Source: a bacterium (lineage in GTDB: Bacteria > Patescibacteriota > Saccharimonadia > Saccharimonadales > SZUA-47). From it: a stretch of 64,000 nt of DNA. This document shows, piece after piece, positions 39,321 through 49,140 of this stretch. The translations under genes and the position numbers were made by a program. The number at the start of each line of letters is the position of its first letter. The stretch's first letter is position 1. Below the pieces are notes generated by a model. That model did no database searches and had not been told where the DNA came from. It saw only the letters and a list, made by a program, of their open reading frames with translations. The stretch is taken from NCBI GenBank assembly GCA_009923445.1, contig RFTN01000001.1, positions 99,975-163,974 on the forward strand, read 5' to 3'.

Positions 39321-41215
39321 ATGGCAAACAAAAAACAAAAAACAATAAATTAAAACAAATCTTTGTAAAAAATCGAAACATAATTGTAGTTGTAGGCATT
39401 GCGGTAATTTTTATAGGAGCACTAGGTGGCATTGTTTACAACAAATACAACGCAGACAAAGCAAAAGCTGCGGTAGCCCAGGCGGCTAACCCTTATTTTT
39501 CAAAATGTAATCCAGATGTAAATAGTCGACCTACACTACAAGCAGGTTCTAGAGACAGTGCCGATGCCAATACTGGTTATTGTGTACGCGCACTGCAGCG
39601 CAGCCTAAATGATTGTTGCGGTCAGGGCCTTGCTGAAGACGGTATATTTGGTCCAAAAACTAAACAAGCTGTACTAAATTTTCAAAACTTTTTTAATTCT
39701 TCGCGCAAAGATGGGGTGGTAGATGCAAGCATTTGGAGTGGAATTGATTTTATACGTAGTTTAATTGTTACTAATGAAGGGTTGCAATATGTAACACCGC
39801 AAACTGTATGGGATCAAGCTCGTGTGGTTGCCGCCCCAACACCCGCCCCAGCTACTTACAATCAACAGCCAATAGGTTATATTGATAGCTGTGAGTTAAA
39901 AGACAAGGGTACTATATTTTATGGCTGGGCATATGACCACGACGGCGAGGCAAGTGTAGAATTAAAAATAGTTGGATCGTCAGAAAAAAATTCAGGACCT
40001 ATAAAGGCTAACATAGCACAATACCGAAACGCTGACATTAACGCGTTTGTAGCCGCTAATAGGCCAGGTAGCCCTTTGCGTAGTGCCTATGGTTTTAGTT
40101 GGTACGTAGAGGGCATTTACAAGGGCGGACTATACTCGGTTGGCCAAAGTACATTAATTAACGTAGGCGGCGGCGCCAATGCTTCTTTGCCGTTTAATAC
40201 ATCTAGCGGTCCACCATCTAATGGTAAGGGATATGGGTTTCCGGGCTCGGCAGTGCCAATAGCATGTCAGGTTAATGCACCAGCTACACCCGCACCTCAA
40301 AACAATACAAATTCAGGCAGTACTTCACCTCAAACTTCTGCAAAAACAGGTGATAAAAAGCCTGTACCACAAACCACAAATTTACCCGGTGGGTCAATAG
40401 TTGGCACGCCATCACCTACTAATCCAGCTAATCTTGATAAAAAAGAAGTAACACAGAAACTTAACGCAGCAAAAGCTGCTGCAAATCAGCCTCAAAATTG
40501 TAGTGTAGCCGATTACAAAGAACTATATAGCAATTCTAGCGGTGCTAAAAACTGTAAAGAATACCCGCCATTAGTTAAGTGTGAGACTAAAAATAAAGGA
40601 CCAAATGGTGGGTTAGAGGGTATCGTTGATCCGTCAGAATATTACGAATTTAAAGACAATGGTTGTGTGAGCAAGGCAACTAGAGAAATAGTTAAGTGTA
40701 TTCCAACTCATCAAAAAAGTAGCTTAGGATATTCAACTGCTGTAGGTTGTATACTAAACCCTACAACAGTAAGCGCGGCAAAATTGCAGGGTGGTGGGTC
40801 AATAGTTGGCGCGCCAGCACCTCCGGCAGGTTCAACTACTGGTTCGCCAGTAAGCAAAACAACAATTACTAATGGTGATAACGCCGCAGTTTTAACTAAA
40901 GATTTTACTAATGTAACTTTAGATACGGAAATTTCATTAAGTGCAAATTTTAGTCCGACTGTAGTAAGTACCTATAATGCTGTTAGATGCAATAAAGATG
41001 TTAATAAAAGTAATAAAAAATATAATTATTGGGATCATTTAAAGGCGTGTACTGTAAGCATTGGAAATCGGGCTGAAGTTTTTAAATGCCGACAATATGA
41101 TCTACAAAGTCCTGTTTCTTTTGGCCTGAAAGTTACAGGCTCTTGGAAAAAACAAAATAACGGTACTATCGTGTTTGTAGAAAAAACAGGCACCAGAAAG
41201 TGTCAGCAAATTTAA
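39321..41215 (+). CDS. Membrane-anchored PG_binding_1-domain protein with a large Cys-rich C-terminal region (needs a -1 frame change in an A-run)
   Basis: ATG 39321 follows an AAGGA SD and stops after 10 codons. Frame 2 is open from 39311 to 41215 and encodes a TM (IIVVVGIAVIFIGALGG) and a PG-binding motif (CVRALQRSLN...GLAEDGIFGPKTKQAVLNFQ). The ORF track shows it only from GTG 39716. Confidence 0.65.
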
Positions 41216-41236
41216 TTATAAAAGGTTAACTTATAT

Positions 41237-41668
41237 ATGAAAAAAATCGTATTAATATTTATTAGCACCATTCTAGTTGTAACCGGTCTTTACTTTGCAT
41301 TCAAAGGCTACTCAGGCTATAGCTATGGTAGGTTCACGAAGCAGCAAGTTGGGTTGTTAAACGAATATCAATATATTTCTCTTTACAACAATTTAGCACC
41401 AGACTTACGGGAAAAGTTTGAAGATGCAGGAGATTTTTCTTTAAAATTTAGTTCAAATATAACAATTTATGAGAACACAATAAACAAGGTAGAATCTGAA
41501 GGTTCACTAGGTAAACCAGCAACATATAGATACACGCTAGTAAGAACAGACGACCCGTTAAAAGGCTACACCATAGCCGTTACGACCACAAATAACCCTT
41601 TTAGTCCAAAAATGAAAGATATTGTGTTTCAAGAAGAAGTGTTTGATCAGATTCCTACTACTAATTAG
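41237..41668 (+). CDS. Membrane-anchored hypothetical protein
   Basis: 143-aa ORF with an N-terminal TM. Confidence 0.55.
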   Translation: MKKIVLIFISTILVVTGLYFAFKGYSGYSYGRFTKQQVGLLNEYQYISLYNNLAPDLREKFEDAGDFSLKFSSNITIYENTINKVESEGSLGKPATYRYTLVRTDDPLKGYTIAVTTTNNPFSPKMKDIVFQEEVFDQIPTTN

Positions 41669-41725
41669 GTTTTTTAACTTTGCGTACACCAGCAATTCAC
41701 AAATGGTACGTGCTAGACTAATTGC

Positions 41726-43159
41726 ATGGCCCTAACATTTTACTTTTACGATACCGAAACGTCAGGTATTAGACCAAGTAGCGACAGAATTATGCAATTT
41801 GCTGGTCGGCGCACCGGCCTTGACCTTGTGCCCATTGGTGAGCCTGACGATATATTAATACAGCTACCACCAGATGTATTGCCCGACCCATACGCAGTAC
41901 TTATACACGGTATTACGCCGCAGCAGACCCTGCAAGACGGTATAACCGAGGCCGATTTTTGTCGATATTTTAACGATAATATCGCCACCCCCGGAACTAT
42001 ATTTGTTGGTTTTAATAATGTGCGGTTCGACGACGAATTCGTGCGCTACACCCTATACCGTAACTTTTACGAGCCGTACGAGTGGCAATGGAAGGACGAC
42101 CGCAGCCGCTGGGATATTTTAGATGCGCTGCGAATGATGCGCGCTCTGCGACCAAGTGGTATAGAATGGCCATTTGACGACAAGGGAGGCCCCACAGTGC
42201 GCCTAGAGAGCATGACAGCCGCCAATGGTATTGGGCACGAAAACGCTCATACCGCCCTTGCAGATGTTGACGCTACAATAGCTATTGCTAAACTTATGAA
42301 ACAGTCGCAACCAAAACTGTTTGATTATTTGCTTAACAAGCGTGCTAAAAAAGACATAGCCGAGCTTGTTGCACATGAGGAAGTATTTTTGTACACCAGT
42401 GGTAAGTACGCCGGTGAAACACTAAAGACTACTGTTGTATACCCGCTACTTTCGCACCCTAAGCGCGACGCAACAATAGTATATGATTTGCGATTTGACC
42501 CTACGCCTTTTTTGAATATGAATGCAGAAGATCTTGCTATAGCATGGCGCTTAAAGCGCGACGAGCCCGGCACTAGGTTACCTATAAAAACCCTACAACA
42601 TAACAGGTGCCCGGCTATTGCGCCCCTAAGCGTGCTAGACGCTGAATCTAAAAAAAGAATTGCCATAGATGTAGATCAAATTTCTAAACATGCCGAAACA
42701 CTTAAAAACAACCCAGAGTTTAAAAATAACGTTGCACGTGCACTCGGCATATTAGACGAACAACAAGAACAGCTTTATTTGGTAGCTAGTGATGTTGATT
42801 CGCAGTTATACCAAAACTTTTGGAACCAAAACGAAAAACAACAACTGCACACCATACGTTCGCATGCTCCGGCAACGCTTGCAGAGCTATTGCCAAAAAT
42901 ACACAACAAACGCCTGCAGCAACTTTTGCCGCTGTATAAAGCACGTAACTACAAAGAGTTTTTGACTCCCGAAGAATACGATGCTTACGAATCGTACCGC
43001 AGTGATAAATTATATGCAGGTGGCCCCGCTAGTATCTATGCAAAATTCGTGACTCAACTACAGCAACTTAGCAGCCAAAAGCCAAACGCAAAAACAGAGT
43101 ATTTGCTTACCGAACTACAGCTGTACGCCGAAAGCATACTGCCAGCTAATAACTTATAA
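41726..43159 (+). CDS. sbcB: Exodeoxyribonuclease I
   Basis: 477 aa. It has the DEDDh ExoI motif FYDTETSG and HTALADV, and its length and C-terminal domain are as in SbcB. Confidence 0.9.
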   Translation: MALTFYFYDTETSGIRPSSDRIMQFAGRRTGLDLVPIGEPDDILIQLPPDVLPDPYAVLIHGITPQQTLQDGITEADFCRYFNDNIATPGTIFVGFNNVRFDDEFVRYTLYRNFYEPYEWQWKDDRSRWDILDALRMMRALRPSGIEWPFDDKGGPTVRLESMTAANGIGHENAHTALADVDATIAIAKLMKQSQPKLFDYLLNKRAKKDIAELVAHEEVFLYTSGKYAGETLKTTVVYPLLSHPKRDATIVYDLRFDPTPFLNMNAEDLAIAWRLKRDEPGTRLPIKTLQHNRCPAIAPLSVLDAESKKRIAIDVDQISKHAETLKNNPEFKNNVARALGILDEQQEQLYLVASDVDSQLYQNFWNQNEKQQLHTIRSHAPATLAELLPKIHNKRLQQLLPLYKARNYKEFLTPEEYDAYESYRSDKLYAGGPASIYAKFVTQLQQLSSQKPNAKTEYLLTELQLYAESILPANNL

Positions 43160-43339
43160 ACTGTAAAACTCAATTGCCAACAGTTGACGCTGTAATTGCC
43201 ATAACCGGCGGCTATGAACGCTGTTGTAGGTATAGCAGGCAACAATTAAAGCCACCACAAAAATGATGTTTAAAACCGCCAACATAGATAACTGAGTTGT
43301 AGTACCAGGAATCTGCCCCAGTACGAGTAATTCAAGCAT
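43154..43339 (-). CDS. Possible small membrane protein
   Basis: 61-aa ORF (MLELLVLGQIPGT..., one TM). It overlaps the sbcB 3' end by 6 nt. Confidence 0.35.
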   Translation of the reverse strand: MLELLVLGQIPGTTTQLSMLAVLNIIFVVALIVACYTYNSVHSRRLWQLQRQLLAIEFYSL

Positions 43340-43412
43340 ATTGCACCCACTAATTAATTAATGCTAATATACAACAAAATTGATATTAATACAATAGTAT
43401 TTTATATATTGA

Positions 43413-43829
43413 TTATGCTTTTTTAGTGATCTTTTTGACGAGTGCACTTATCTTTAGCAAACGTTTACGATTTGTAAGTAGTAGCCCGAACGCTATAAAA
43501 GCGGCAGCAATAGCTGCAGTTTGCGTTATTTTTTTTGTCTCGAGCAAAATAATGTATAGGGCAGTACCAAAAATGCCCAAACCAACAACATCGTATAATA
43601 AGTACACTAGTTTATTGTCAGGGAACAACAATTCGTAAAAATTCGTACCGTGCTCTTTGGCTTTTAAAAGTAGCTTTTTAGCCCAATCGTGATGCACCGA
43701 AAGCATGCCGAGCCCACCTAGTAGCAGCGGTACACCACCAGGGCCCGGTAACCAACCAAACGCAAGTGCCCCAATTAACATAAGTACACCGATCATGTCG
43801 TATACAGCTTTTTTTAATAACTTATTCAC
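43413..43829 (-). CDS. PGPGW-motif membrane protein
   Basis: 138 aa with 3-4 TMs and WLPGPGGVPLLLGGLGML. Confidence 0.6.
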   Translation of the reverse strand: MNKLLKKAVYDMIGVLMLIGALAFGWLPGPGGVPLLLGGLGMLSVHHDWAKKLLLKAKEHGTNFYELLFPDNKLVYLLYDVVGLGIFGTALYIILLETKKITQTAAIAAAFIAFGLLLTNRKRLLKISALVKKITKKA

Positions 43830-43950
43830 TGTTTAAATTATAACTTATTGTTGTGTGTTGTGTGTAATACACTTGAATTATTTTGATCTGTAAGTAGACT
43901 TAAAGTATCTACAAATATAAAAACTAATAGGGAAGTTGTAGGGGCTTAGT

Positions 43951-44778
43951 ATGAATAGAAATAAACGTAGTGACGGAATGTATCATATTCCTCGAAGTAC
44001 CCTAGAGCCAGACAATCGCGCGCTTGCAATTCGCAAAACATTTGCGAGCACTGCGCCTGATTTTTTTGTACCGAGCTTTGCGCTGCGTAGGCAAGTATTA
44101 AAAACACCCGAAACAATTGACTTTGTAAGGCAACTTCACGAACGCATGCCAAAAAATTGGCGTGTTTTATCGCCGGGTAGTCTTGCGCTTACACTTGTTG
44201 AACAAAAAAAACTTGTCAAGGAATTTAGAAAACAAGAAGAATGCCCCGACCCAGAGCGTGTCGAAAAAGTTGCAAAAAGTATAGCCAGTCAACTTAAACA
44301 TAGTTTGTTTAGGGTGCCGCGTAGGTTAGAAGTACCAACAGGTTTAGTTTATGCATTTGGCGAAAAACATAATAAAAACAAACTCGGTGTTATACCGGCA
44401 GGCTGGAAAGGTTTTTCGGCGCCGTATGCCGAAACAGACAACCAAAAAAATGTTCTGCCAATGCCCATTATTGTACGTGAAACAAACCTAGCCATAGGTG
44501 CAATTGCGACCGAATTTGCCCAAAATGGCGAGCTAGCACAGGCACTGCGTGCAACTGCGGTTGGTAGAACCCCACACATTACTTTTGCACAAAAAATTAA
44601 AGGTGGTCCGATTTCGCAGGCCGAAGAACACGCCTTTGCAGGATTAGTAGACGATATTTTACCTGAATCTTTAACAGTGTTTGACCCGATTATTTATTTA
44701 CGACTTACCAAAGATCAACCTGACCCGCACGTATTGCACGCACGAGCCCCGAGGTGGCAAAACATTACACTAATGTAA
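43951..44778 (+). CDS. Hypothetical protein
   Basis: 275-aa ORF. A single H-x-T motif (PHITF) is the only feature noticed. Confidence 0.55.
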   Translation: MNRNKRSDGMYHIPRSTLEPDNRALAIRKTFASTAPDFFVPSFALRRQVLKTPETIDFVRQLHERMPKNWRVLSPGSLALTLVEQKKLVKEFRKQEECPDPERVEKVAKSIASQLKHSLFRVPRRLEVPTGLVYAFGEKHNKNKLGVIPAGWKGFSAPYAETDNQKNVLPMPIIVRETNLAIGAIATEFAQNGELAQALRATAVGRTPHITFAQKIKGGPISQAEEHAFAGLVDDILPESLTVFDPIIYLRLTKDQPDPHVLHARAPRWQNITLM

Positions 44779-44845
44779 CTTTACTGCGCTTTTGTACATA
44801 GTAGGTTCTAGTCATAATGTATCTGTTGCGGTACAATATAGTGAC

Positions 44846-47656
44846 GTGAGTGAAAAGCTAGTTATTAAAGGTGCGCGTGAGCACAACTTAAAAAATATCG
44901 ACATTACTATGCCGAGAAATTCTTTAGTTGTCATAACCGGTTTGTCGGGTAGCGGTAAATCAAGCCTTGCATTCGATACAATTTATGCCGAAGGTCAGCG
45001 CCGTTATGTCGAAAGTCTTAGCGCCTATGCAAGGCAATTTTTGGGCCTCATGGAAAAACCAGATGTTGACCAAATAGACGGTTTAAGCCCAGCGATTAGC
45101 ATCGATCAAAAGTCTACGAGTCGTAACCCTCGTAGTACGGTTGCCACAGTTACTGAAATTTATGATTATTTACGTTTATTGTTTGCGCGCGTAGGCATTG
45201 CGCATGGTCCTGACGGTACGCCAATAAAAAGCATGACCAGCCAAGAAATTAGCGACGGCGTAATGTTGCTGCCAAAAGATCATCGGTTGCTTGTGCTTGC
45301 CCCTGTAGTTATAGACAAAAAAGGCGAGCATGCGCACATACCCGAGCTGTATATAAGGCAGGGGTATTCAAGGGCGCGAGTTGACGGAGTTGTGTACGCC
45401 CTAGACGAGTTTCCGCTACTCGATAAAAAATACAAACATACAATTGAGATTGTTGTTGACCGCGTAGTTAATAGCGATGCACAAGCTAGCCGTATTTTTC
45501 AATCGGTCGAAGCTGCGCTGCAACTTGCCGACGGCCAGTTGTATGTAGTCGATGTAGACGATAAAGACACTCAGCATTCGTTTAGTCAACGGTACTATAA
45601 TGCAAGTTATCCAGATTTTGTTGCGCCCGAAATGGAGCCAAGAACGTTTAGTTTTAATAGTCCGCACGGCGCATGCCCGCTGTGTACTGGTTTGGGTACT
45701 CGGCTAGAAGTCGACCCAGAGCTTGTTATTCCAAACGGTAACTTAACAATATCCGAAGGTGCTATTAGGCCGTATAACCGCATGGCTCCAGACGCCTGGA
45801 ATATGAAAAAATTAGCAGCCGTAGCCGATGCGAATGGTTTTAGCCTCGCTACGCAGACTGCTCATTTAACTAAACAACAACTTGACATGGTGTTGTACGG
45901 TACGGGCGACCAAGTATACAGGTTGTCACTTGGTAGTGGTCGGTTTTATGACTCAACTTACGAAGGTGTTATACCAAACTTAGAACGCCGCCACAAAGAG
46001 ACAGACAGTGATTTTATGCGCCGCGAAATAGGCAGATTTATGATTGAGAAGCCGTGTCATGCTTGTGGCGGTAAGCGCTTAAAGCCCGAAGTACTCGCAG
46101 TGACCATACAGGGAGCTTCGATTATGGATATGTGCGAGCTACCAGTACGTGAGGCAGTAGAATTTTTTGGCACCCTAAAACTACCTCAAAAAGAACTAGA
46201 TATTGCGCGCCAAATCTTAAAAGAAATTAATGCACGGTTGCAGTTTATGCAAGAGGTTGGGCTTGGCTACTTAACACTTGCCCGGAGTGCAGTGAGCTTA
46301 AGCGGTGGCGAAGCGCAGCGTATACGTTTAGCGACACAAATTGGTAGTGGTTTGCAAGGCGTTATGTATGTACTAGACGAGCCGTCTATAGGGCTTCACC
46401 AGCGCGATAACGAAAAACTCATAAAAACACTTAAGCGACTAAAAGAGCTTGGTAACACTGTTTTGGTAGTTGAACACGACGAAGACACAATACGCAGCGC
46501 CGATTATTTAGTAGATATTGGTCCGGGGGCGGGCGTACACGGCGGCGAAGTAGTGGCTGCTGGAACCCCAGCAGAAGTAGCCGCTAATGCTAACAGTATA
46601 ACAGGGCAATATCTTTCGGGTAAAAAACAAATAGACGTACCAAAAAAACGGCGCAGCGGCAATGGTAAATCCCTTGTTATAAAAGGCGCCCGCGAAAATA
46701 ATTTACGTTCAATAGACGCAACCATTCCGCTTGGGGTTATGACGGTTGTAAGCGGCGTGTCGGGCTCGGGCAAAAGCACGTTAGTAAACGATATTTTAGC
46801 CAAAGAACTGCATGCGCGTCTGCATAATGCCCACGAGCCAGCCGGTAAGCATGACAGTATCGAGGGGAGCGAACACCTCGACAAAGTAGTAATAATCGAT
46901 CAGTCGCCTATTGGGCGCACGCCTCGCAGCAACCCAGCAACGTACGTCGGCTTGTTTACGCCAATACGTGAGCTGTTTGCAGCTACCTCAGAGGCAAAAA
47001 TTCGTGGCTATAAAGCTGGCAGGTTTAGTTTTAATGTGCGTGGTGGCCGCTGCGAAAACTGTCAGGGCGACGGCATGATAAAAATAGAAATGCATTTTTT
47101 GCCTGATGTATATGTGGTGTGCGAAGTGTGTAATGGCAAGCGCTACAACAAAGAAGCGCTTGAGGTAACTTTTAAAGGTAAAACAATTGCCGACATTTTA
47201 AAAATGACTATCGAGCAAGCATGGGAGTTTTTTGCAAATCAGCCGAGTATTGCAACTAAACTTGAAACACTCGTACAGGTCGGCTTGGGTTATATGACAC
47301 TTGGTCAATCAGCAACTACGCTCAGTGGTGGCGAAGCGCAGCGCGTCAAATTAGCTACCGAACTTAGCAGGCGTGCTACGGGTAGAACGCTGTATATTTT
47401 AGACGAGCCAACAACTGGGCTACATATCGATGATGTAGCTCGACTATTATTGGTGCTGCACGCACTGGTCGATACCGGTAATAGTATGGTTATTATCGAG
47501 CACAACCTCGACGTCATAAAGTCGGCTGACTATATTATTGATATGGGTCCCGAAGGCGGCAGTGGTGGCGGAACAATTGTAGCAACCGGCACACCTGAAC
47601 AAATTGCAAAAAACAAGTTAAGCTTTACGGGTGAATTCTTAAAGCGAATGCTATAG
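44846..47656 (+). CDS. uvrA: Excinuclease ABC subunit A
   Basis: Two ABC modules (GLSGSGKSSLAFDT; GVSGSGKSTLV), zinc-finger CxxC pairs and LSGGEAQR twice. The start is taken at GTG 44846 (MSEKLVIKGAREHNLK); the ORF track starts at TTG 44792. Confidence 0.95.
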   Translation: MSEKLVIKGAREHNLKNIDITMPRNSLVVITGLSGSGKSSLAFDTIYAEGQRRYVESLSAYARQFLGLMEKPDVDQIDGLSPAISIDQKSTSRNPRSTVATVTEIYDYLRLLFARVGIAHGPDGTPIKSMTSQEISDGVMLLPKDHRLLVLAPVVIDKKGEHAHIPELYIRQGYSRARVDGVVYALDEFPLLDKKYKHTIEIVVDRVVNSDAQASRIFQSVEAALQLADGQLYVVDVDDKDTQHSFSQRYYNASYPDFVAPEMEPRTFSFNSPHGACPLCTGLGTRLEVDPELVIPNGNLTISEGAIRPYNRMAPDAWNMKKLAAVADANGFSLATQTAHLTKQQLDMVLYGTGDQVYRLSLGSGRFYDSTYEGVIPNLERRHKETDSDFMRREIGRFMIEKPCHACGGKRLKPEVLAVTIQGASIMDMCELPVREAVEFFGTLKLPQKELDIARQILKEINARLQFMQEVGLGYLTLARSAVSLSGGEAQRIRLATQIGSGLQGVMYVLDEPSIGLHQRDNEKLIKTLKRLKELGNTVLVVEHDEDTIRSADYLVDIGPGAGVHGGEVVAAGTPAEVAANANSITGQYLSGKKQIDVPKKRRSGNGKSLVIKGARENNLRSIDATIPLGVMTVVSGVSGSGKSTLVNDILAKELHARLHNAHEPAGKHDSIEGSEHLDKVVIIDQSPIGRTPRSNPATYVGLFTPIRELFAATSEAKIRGYKAGRFSFNVRGGRCENCQGDGMIKIEMHFLPDVYVVCEVCNGKRYNKEALEVTFKGKTIADILKMTIEQAWEFFANQPSIATKLETLVQVGLGYMTLGQSATTLSGGEAQRVKLATELSRRATGRTLYILDEPTTGLHIDDVARLLLVLHALVDTGNSMVIIEHNLDVIKSADYIIDMGPEGGSGGGTIVATGTPEQIAKNKLSFTGEFLKRML

Positions 47657-48295
47657 TTCAGTTTTTTTGTTGAATTTTTGCTTAGTTGCAGAGTAGACTT
47701 TTTTACGATTTTCAGCATCTTTAAATACATGTATAAGGGGTGGTGCAAAGGTAAATACAGTAGCGATCAACACAGCCGGCAGCAGGTATTTATCGATATT
47801 AGGTATTTTAGAGCCTAGATAGTAACCCAATAGTGTAATACTCACCCCCCACAGCAAGGCACCTGCAATGTTGAACATCATAAATTTTTTACGGTTCATA
47901 TTACCTACGCCCGCTACCACTGGCGCAAATGTTCGAATAATTGGTAAAAACCGTGCGAGCGTAATAGTTTTTCCGCCGTGCTTTTCATAAAATTCTTCTG
48001 CTTTTACTATGTATTCTTGTCTAAAAAAAATCCCATCTTTCTTTTTGAATATTTTGTTGCCAGTTTTTTGGCCGATTGTATAGCCGACGTTATCGCCAAT
48101 AATTGCCGCTAGCACAATTGCAAAAAGTAGCCACCCTAAATGAAGCTGCCCTTGGCTTGCAAAAAAGCCTGCAGTAAACAATAGCGTGTCTCCGGGTAAA
48201 AAGAACCCAATAAGCAAACCCGATTCAGCAAATACAATAAATGCCACCAACAGTACACCGCCTGCTTGAATTATATGTGACGGATCAATTCCCAT
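47651..48295 (-). CDS. dedA: DedA family membrane protein
   Basis: Contains GFFLPGDTLLFTAG and the FLPIIRTF motif. The start is taken at the internal Met (MGIDPSH). The 3' end overlaps the uvrA stop by 6 nt. Confidence 0.85.
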   Translation of the reverse strand: MGIDPSHIIQAGGVLLVAFIVFAESGLLIGFFLPGDTLLFTAGFFASQGQLHLGWLLFAIVLAAIIGDNVGYTIGQKTGNKIFKKKDGIFFRQEYIVKAEEFYEKHGGKTITLARFLPIIRTFAPVVAGVGNMNRKKFMMFNIAGALLWGVSITLLGYYLGSKIPNIDKYLLPAVLIATVFTFAPPLIHVFKDAENRKKVYSATKQKFNKKTEL

Positions 48296-48360
48296 GCAGC
48301 TAGTGTAGCATCTGTTGCTATATAACTGGTATACTAATAACAAGAACGAATGGAGGAAAC

Positions 48361-48996
48361 ATGAGCGGTTCTGCAATTTTATTACAAGCAGAAGAACGAA
48401 GCGTAACTGGTAAGCAAGTTAAAAGACTACGAAAATCTGGGTTAGTACCAGCGGTAGTATACGAAAAGGGTGTACCGTCAGACAACGTAACCGTGAGCTA
48501 TATTCCTATGGTAAAAACCTGGAATAAGGCCGGCAAGCACCATGCTATTACCCTAAGCTACGGCAACAAAAAACGTCTTACCATTATAAAAGATGTCACG
48601 CTCGACCCAGTAAAAGGGCAAATAAGTCACATTGCTTTTCAGGCAATTAAACTTAACGAAAAAATCGAAACTGAAGTACCTGTTGTACTAGAAGGGCACG
48701 CACCCGCTACCGTTGCTGGTCTGCTAGTGCATGTTAACATAGACCACCTTGTAGTGAGTGGGTTTCCTAATGATATTCCTGACGCAATTGTTGTTGATGT
48801 CAGTAGCGTAACAACCCCCGAAGACGATATTCGAGCAAGCGAACTAGTTTTGCCTAAAAATATTGAGCTTGTTTCTGATGCTGATTCGGTAATTGTAAGC
48901 GTTATAGTACCTAGAGCAGAAGTAGAAAAAGTCGAAGAAACAGTAGACGCTGCAAATGTGCCAAGCGATAACGGTGCTGCAAAAACAGAAGAATAG
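48361..48996 (+). CDS. rplY: 50S ribosomal protein L25/general stress protein Ctc
   Basis: 211 aa. Typical Ctc-form N-terminus (L.AE.R...GK...RLR..G.VPAVVY) and an acidic C-terminal tail. Confidence 0.85.
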   Translation: MSGSAILLQAEERSVTGKQVKRLRKSGLVPAVVYEKGVPSDNVTVSYIPMVKTWNKAGKHHAITLSYGNKKRLTIIKDVTLDPVKGQISHIAFQAIKLNEKIETEVPVVLEGHAPATVAGLLVHVNIDHLVVSGFPNDIPDAIVVDVSSVTTPEDDIRASELVLPKNIELVSDADSVIVSVIVPRAEVEKVEETVDAANVPSDNGAAKTEE

Positions 48997-49093
48997 CAGC
49001 TCCGCCTATGAGATAATCTCAATACGGGTTTTCTCATCGCTCCGGGTAGCAGAATAAGTCTGCCTACTTGGGCTGCTCTTTCCAGAATTCAGT

Positions 49094-49119
49094 AAACGCC
49101 TGAGTAATCAGGCGTTTTA
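49094..49119. terminator. Terminator hairpin between convergent rplY and the ABC exporter
   Basis: Stem AACGCCTGA / TCAGGCGTT, GTAA loop, then TTTTAT. Confidence 0.7.
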
Positions 49120-49140
49120 TATTTGGCTTTAAATACGCAG

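Noticed and set aside
43951-44778. The 275-aa hypothetical protein as a 2H phosphoesterase, because of PHITF (H-x-T).
   Set aside because: Only one H-x-[ST] motif is evident, and the family requires two.
48994-49090. A possible structured small RNA after rplY: GCAGC...GCTGC closing helix, ATGAGA/TCTCAT and GTAGCAGA/TCTGCCTAC hairpins. It was considered as SRP/4.5S-like.
   Set aside because: It lacks the conserved SRP domain IV motifs (GGAA-type tetraloop with flanking AGCA/GGAAG loops). The helices are short and alternative pairings compete, so it cannot be distinguished from ordinary 3' UTR structure without covariation data.
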